Shown here piece after piece: positions 61,709-64,000 of a stretch of 64,000 bases of DNA. Origin of the DNA: Macrostomum lignano (lineage: Eukaryota). A program made the position numbers and the translations under genes. Each line of letters begins with the position of its first letter. The first letter of the stretch is position 1. The notes under the pieces are model-generated. The model searched no databases. It was given only the letters and a program-made list of their open reading frames with translations, and was not told the DNA's origin. The DNA is taken from contig NIVC01002281.1 in assembly GCA_002269645.1 (NCBI GenBank), forward strand, positions 1 to 64,000, given 5' to 3'.

Positions 61709-62711
61709 TTGAATGGTCCCTCGAAAAACAATAGTTGTTATGTACGGTACAAGATTCTTTAAGCAATACTTAGTATCCTTAGTAAATCTTTAGTAATTCT
61801 TAAATATGTTGGTATGAGACGAGCGGCTGCTCATCCACTTCCTAGCATCTGCATAGGAACCAGTGAGTCTATTTAGCCTATCAAGAGCGATCAAATTGCA
61901 GCATTACAGAGAGTCTACAGCCGCCTTAAAGCCAATCAATTTGCCTTGCCCCCTCTTCTCCTCCCCAAATCTTCCCAGATCCTAGCAGGCCGGTATCCTC
62001 TATCGCCCTTTCTCTGTCATAATAAAATAACAACAAAAAGGAAGACACAAGCTGCTGCAACATGCACGAAAAGGGGGCCGCACTTTGTAACCAAGGAAGT
62101 TTGATGGCTAGCGCGAGAGCTGATGGAACCGTTCGCTTTGGATGGCCTCTATTGAAGCGGCATTTAACTGATGATATATGCGCTATGCAGAGGCTGCCTG
62201 CCAGAGTTGTGGGGGCAGGCACAGGAAAGGATTAAGTCCCCCTGTTTGATGCATTAGGGGCTAATTGGTGCGGACAAGGATCGCGGATGAGTCAAGTGGC
62301 CCGCGCCCCTAGAGCCTGGGCGCATGGAAAGTGCACGGTAGAGGATAGAAAGGCCTGCTATCCAAATCGCTTTAGTTTCTTGGGGATGGGTATTTGTCGG
62401 CTGAGGAATCTCTTTTAGAGAGAATAGAGGGTGAATGCATGCCGTCTGTAGTCTGCCGGCTTGAAGATTTGCCTGGTGAGGTGAAGAGCCTTAGTACCTC
62501 TAACCCGGCTGGCTTAGAAAAGCTGGCAATGCCATCGTTGAATTGTTCACCAAAATTGTTTCCTTCTATTTTTCCGGCTTTATTTCTCTCCTAGCTGCGA
62601 TACTAGGGAATATGAATATTGGTTATTGCAACTGGAAATTACAGAGCGGGGTCGGAGACAAGGTGAGAGTGAGACCCTGAGTTCATGCGGCTAGCTGTTG
62701 CGCCTTTGCGC

Positions 62712-64000
62712 AGAGCGGGGATCAGGGAGACAAGATAGGCAGTGGATCAGGGAGACAAGATAGGCAGTGGATCAGGGAGACAAGATAGGCAGTGAATCAG
62801 GGAGACAAGATAGGCAGTGGATCAGGGAGACAAGTAGGCAGTGGATCAGGGAGACAAGATAGGCAGTGGATCAGGGAGACAAGATAGGCAGTGGATCAGG
62901 GAGACAAGGGAGGCAGCGGATCAGGGAGACAAGGGAGGCAGCGGATCAGGGAGACAAGATTAGGCAGCGGATCAGGGAGACAAGATAGGCAGCGGATCAG
63001 GGAGACAAGATAGGCAGCGGATCAGGGAGACAAGATTAGGCAGCGGATCAGGGAGACAGCGGATCACGGAGACAAGATAGGCAGCGGATCACGGAGACAA
63101 GATAGGCTGCGGATTAGGGAGACAAGATAGGCAGCGGATCAGGGAGACAAGATAGGCAGCGGATCAGGGAGACAAGATAGGCAGCGGATCACGGAGACAA
63201 GATGGGCAGCGGATCACGGAGACAAGATAGGCAGCGGATCACGGAGACAAGATAGGCAGCGGATCAGGGAGACAAGATAGGCAGCGGATCACGGAGACAA
63301 GATAGGCAGCGGATTAGGGAGACAAGATAGGCAGCGGATCACGGAGACAAGATAGGCAGCGGATCACGGAGACAAGATAGGCAGCGGATCACGGAGACAA
63401 GATAGGCAGCGGATCAGGGAGACAAGGGAGGCAGCGGATCAGGGAGACAAGATAGGCAGCGGATCAGGGAGACAAGATAGGCAGCGGATCAGGGAGACAA
63501 GGGAGGCAGCGGATCAGGGAGACAAGATAGGCAGCGGATCACGGAGACAAGATAGGCAGCGGATCAGGGAGACAAGATAGGCAGCGGATCAGGGAGACAA
63601 GGGAGGCAGCGGATCAGGGAGACAAGATAGGCAGCGGATCAGGGAGACAAGGGAGGCAGCGGATCAGGGAGACAAGATAGGCAGCGGATCAGGGAGACAA
63701 GATAGGCAGTGGATCAGGGAGACAAGGGAGGCAGCGGATCAGGGAGACAAGATAGGCAGCGGATCAGGGAGACAAGATAGGCTGCGGATTAGGGAGACAA
63801 GATAGGCAGCGGATCAGGGAGACAAGATAGGCAGCGGATCACGGAGACAAGATAGGCAGCGGATCACGGAGACAAGATAGGCAGCGGATCACGGAGACAA
63901 GATAGGCAGCGGATTAGGGAGACAAGATAGGCAGCGGATCACGGAGACAAGATAGGCAGCGGATCACGGAGACAAGATAGGCAGCGGATCAGGGAGACAA
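62712..64000. repeat. 25-bp tandem array running off the right edge
   Basis: Unit ggatca(g/c)ggagacaagataggcagc. Confidence 0.97.

Noticed and set aside
61008-61766. His/Ser/Thr-rich ORFs (HSHSVSHIHTVSVTFTQCQ)
   Set aside because: Translations of a 20-bp array, open in overlapping frames, with no splice or start context.

Overview
Intron-rich, repeat-rich animal genomic DNA, not prokaryotic. Innexin type, GC-rich exons and dense micro/minisatellites are most consistent with a free-living flatworm such as Macrostomum lignano (inference, not verified). Four protein-coding genes, all on the minus strand, could be rebuilt exon by exon with GT-AG junctions and consistent phases: (1) the 5' half of an outer-arm axonemal dynein heavy chain of the DNAH9/11/17 type (15 exons, runs off the left edge, an RFX X-box just upstream, and a cluster of 1-nt indels below position ~3300); (2) a compact 3-exon gene for a ~598-aa secreted protein with two copies of an unnamed ~185-aa domain, each on its own exon; (3) a complete 3-exon innexin; (4) exons 2-3 of a paralogous innexin whose first coding exon I could not find. 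The rest is intron or intergenic: about 20 different tandem arrays, a 1.08-kb TTAA-flanked foldback element, two tRNA-derived SINE families (one with a shared body and dissimilar heads), and GA-rich tracts. There is no CRISPR array, rRNA or intact tRNA gene, and no clear-cut new multi-gene system. The best leads are the exon-modular secreted protein, the modular SINEs, the foldback element and two repeat-derived candidate exons. Comparisons with human DNAH9 and other family members are from recalled sequences and need a real alignment.
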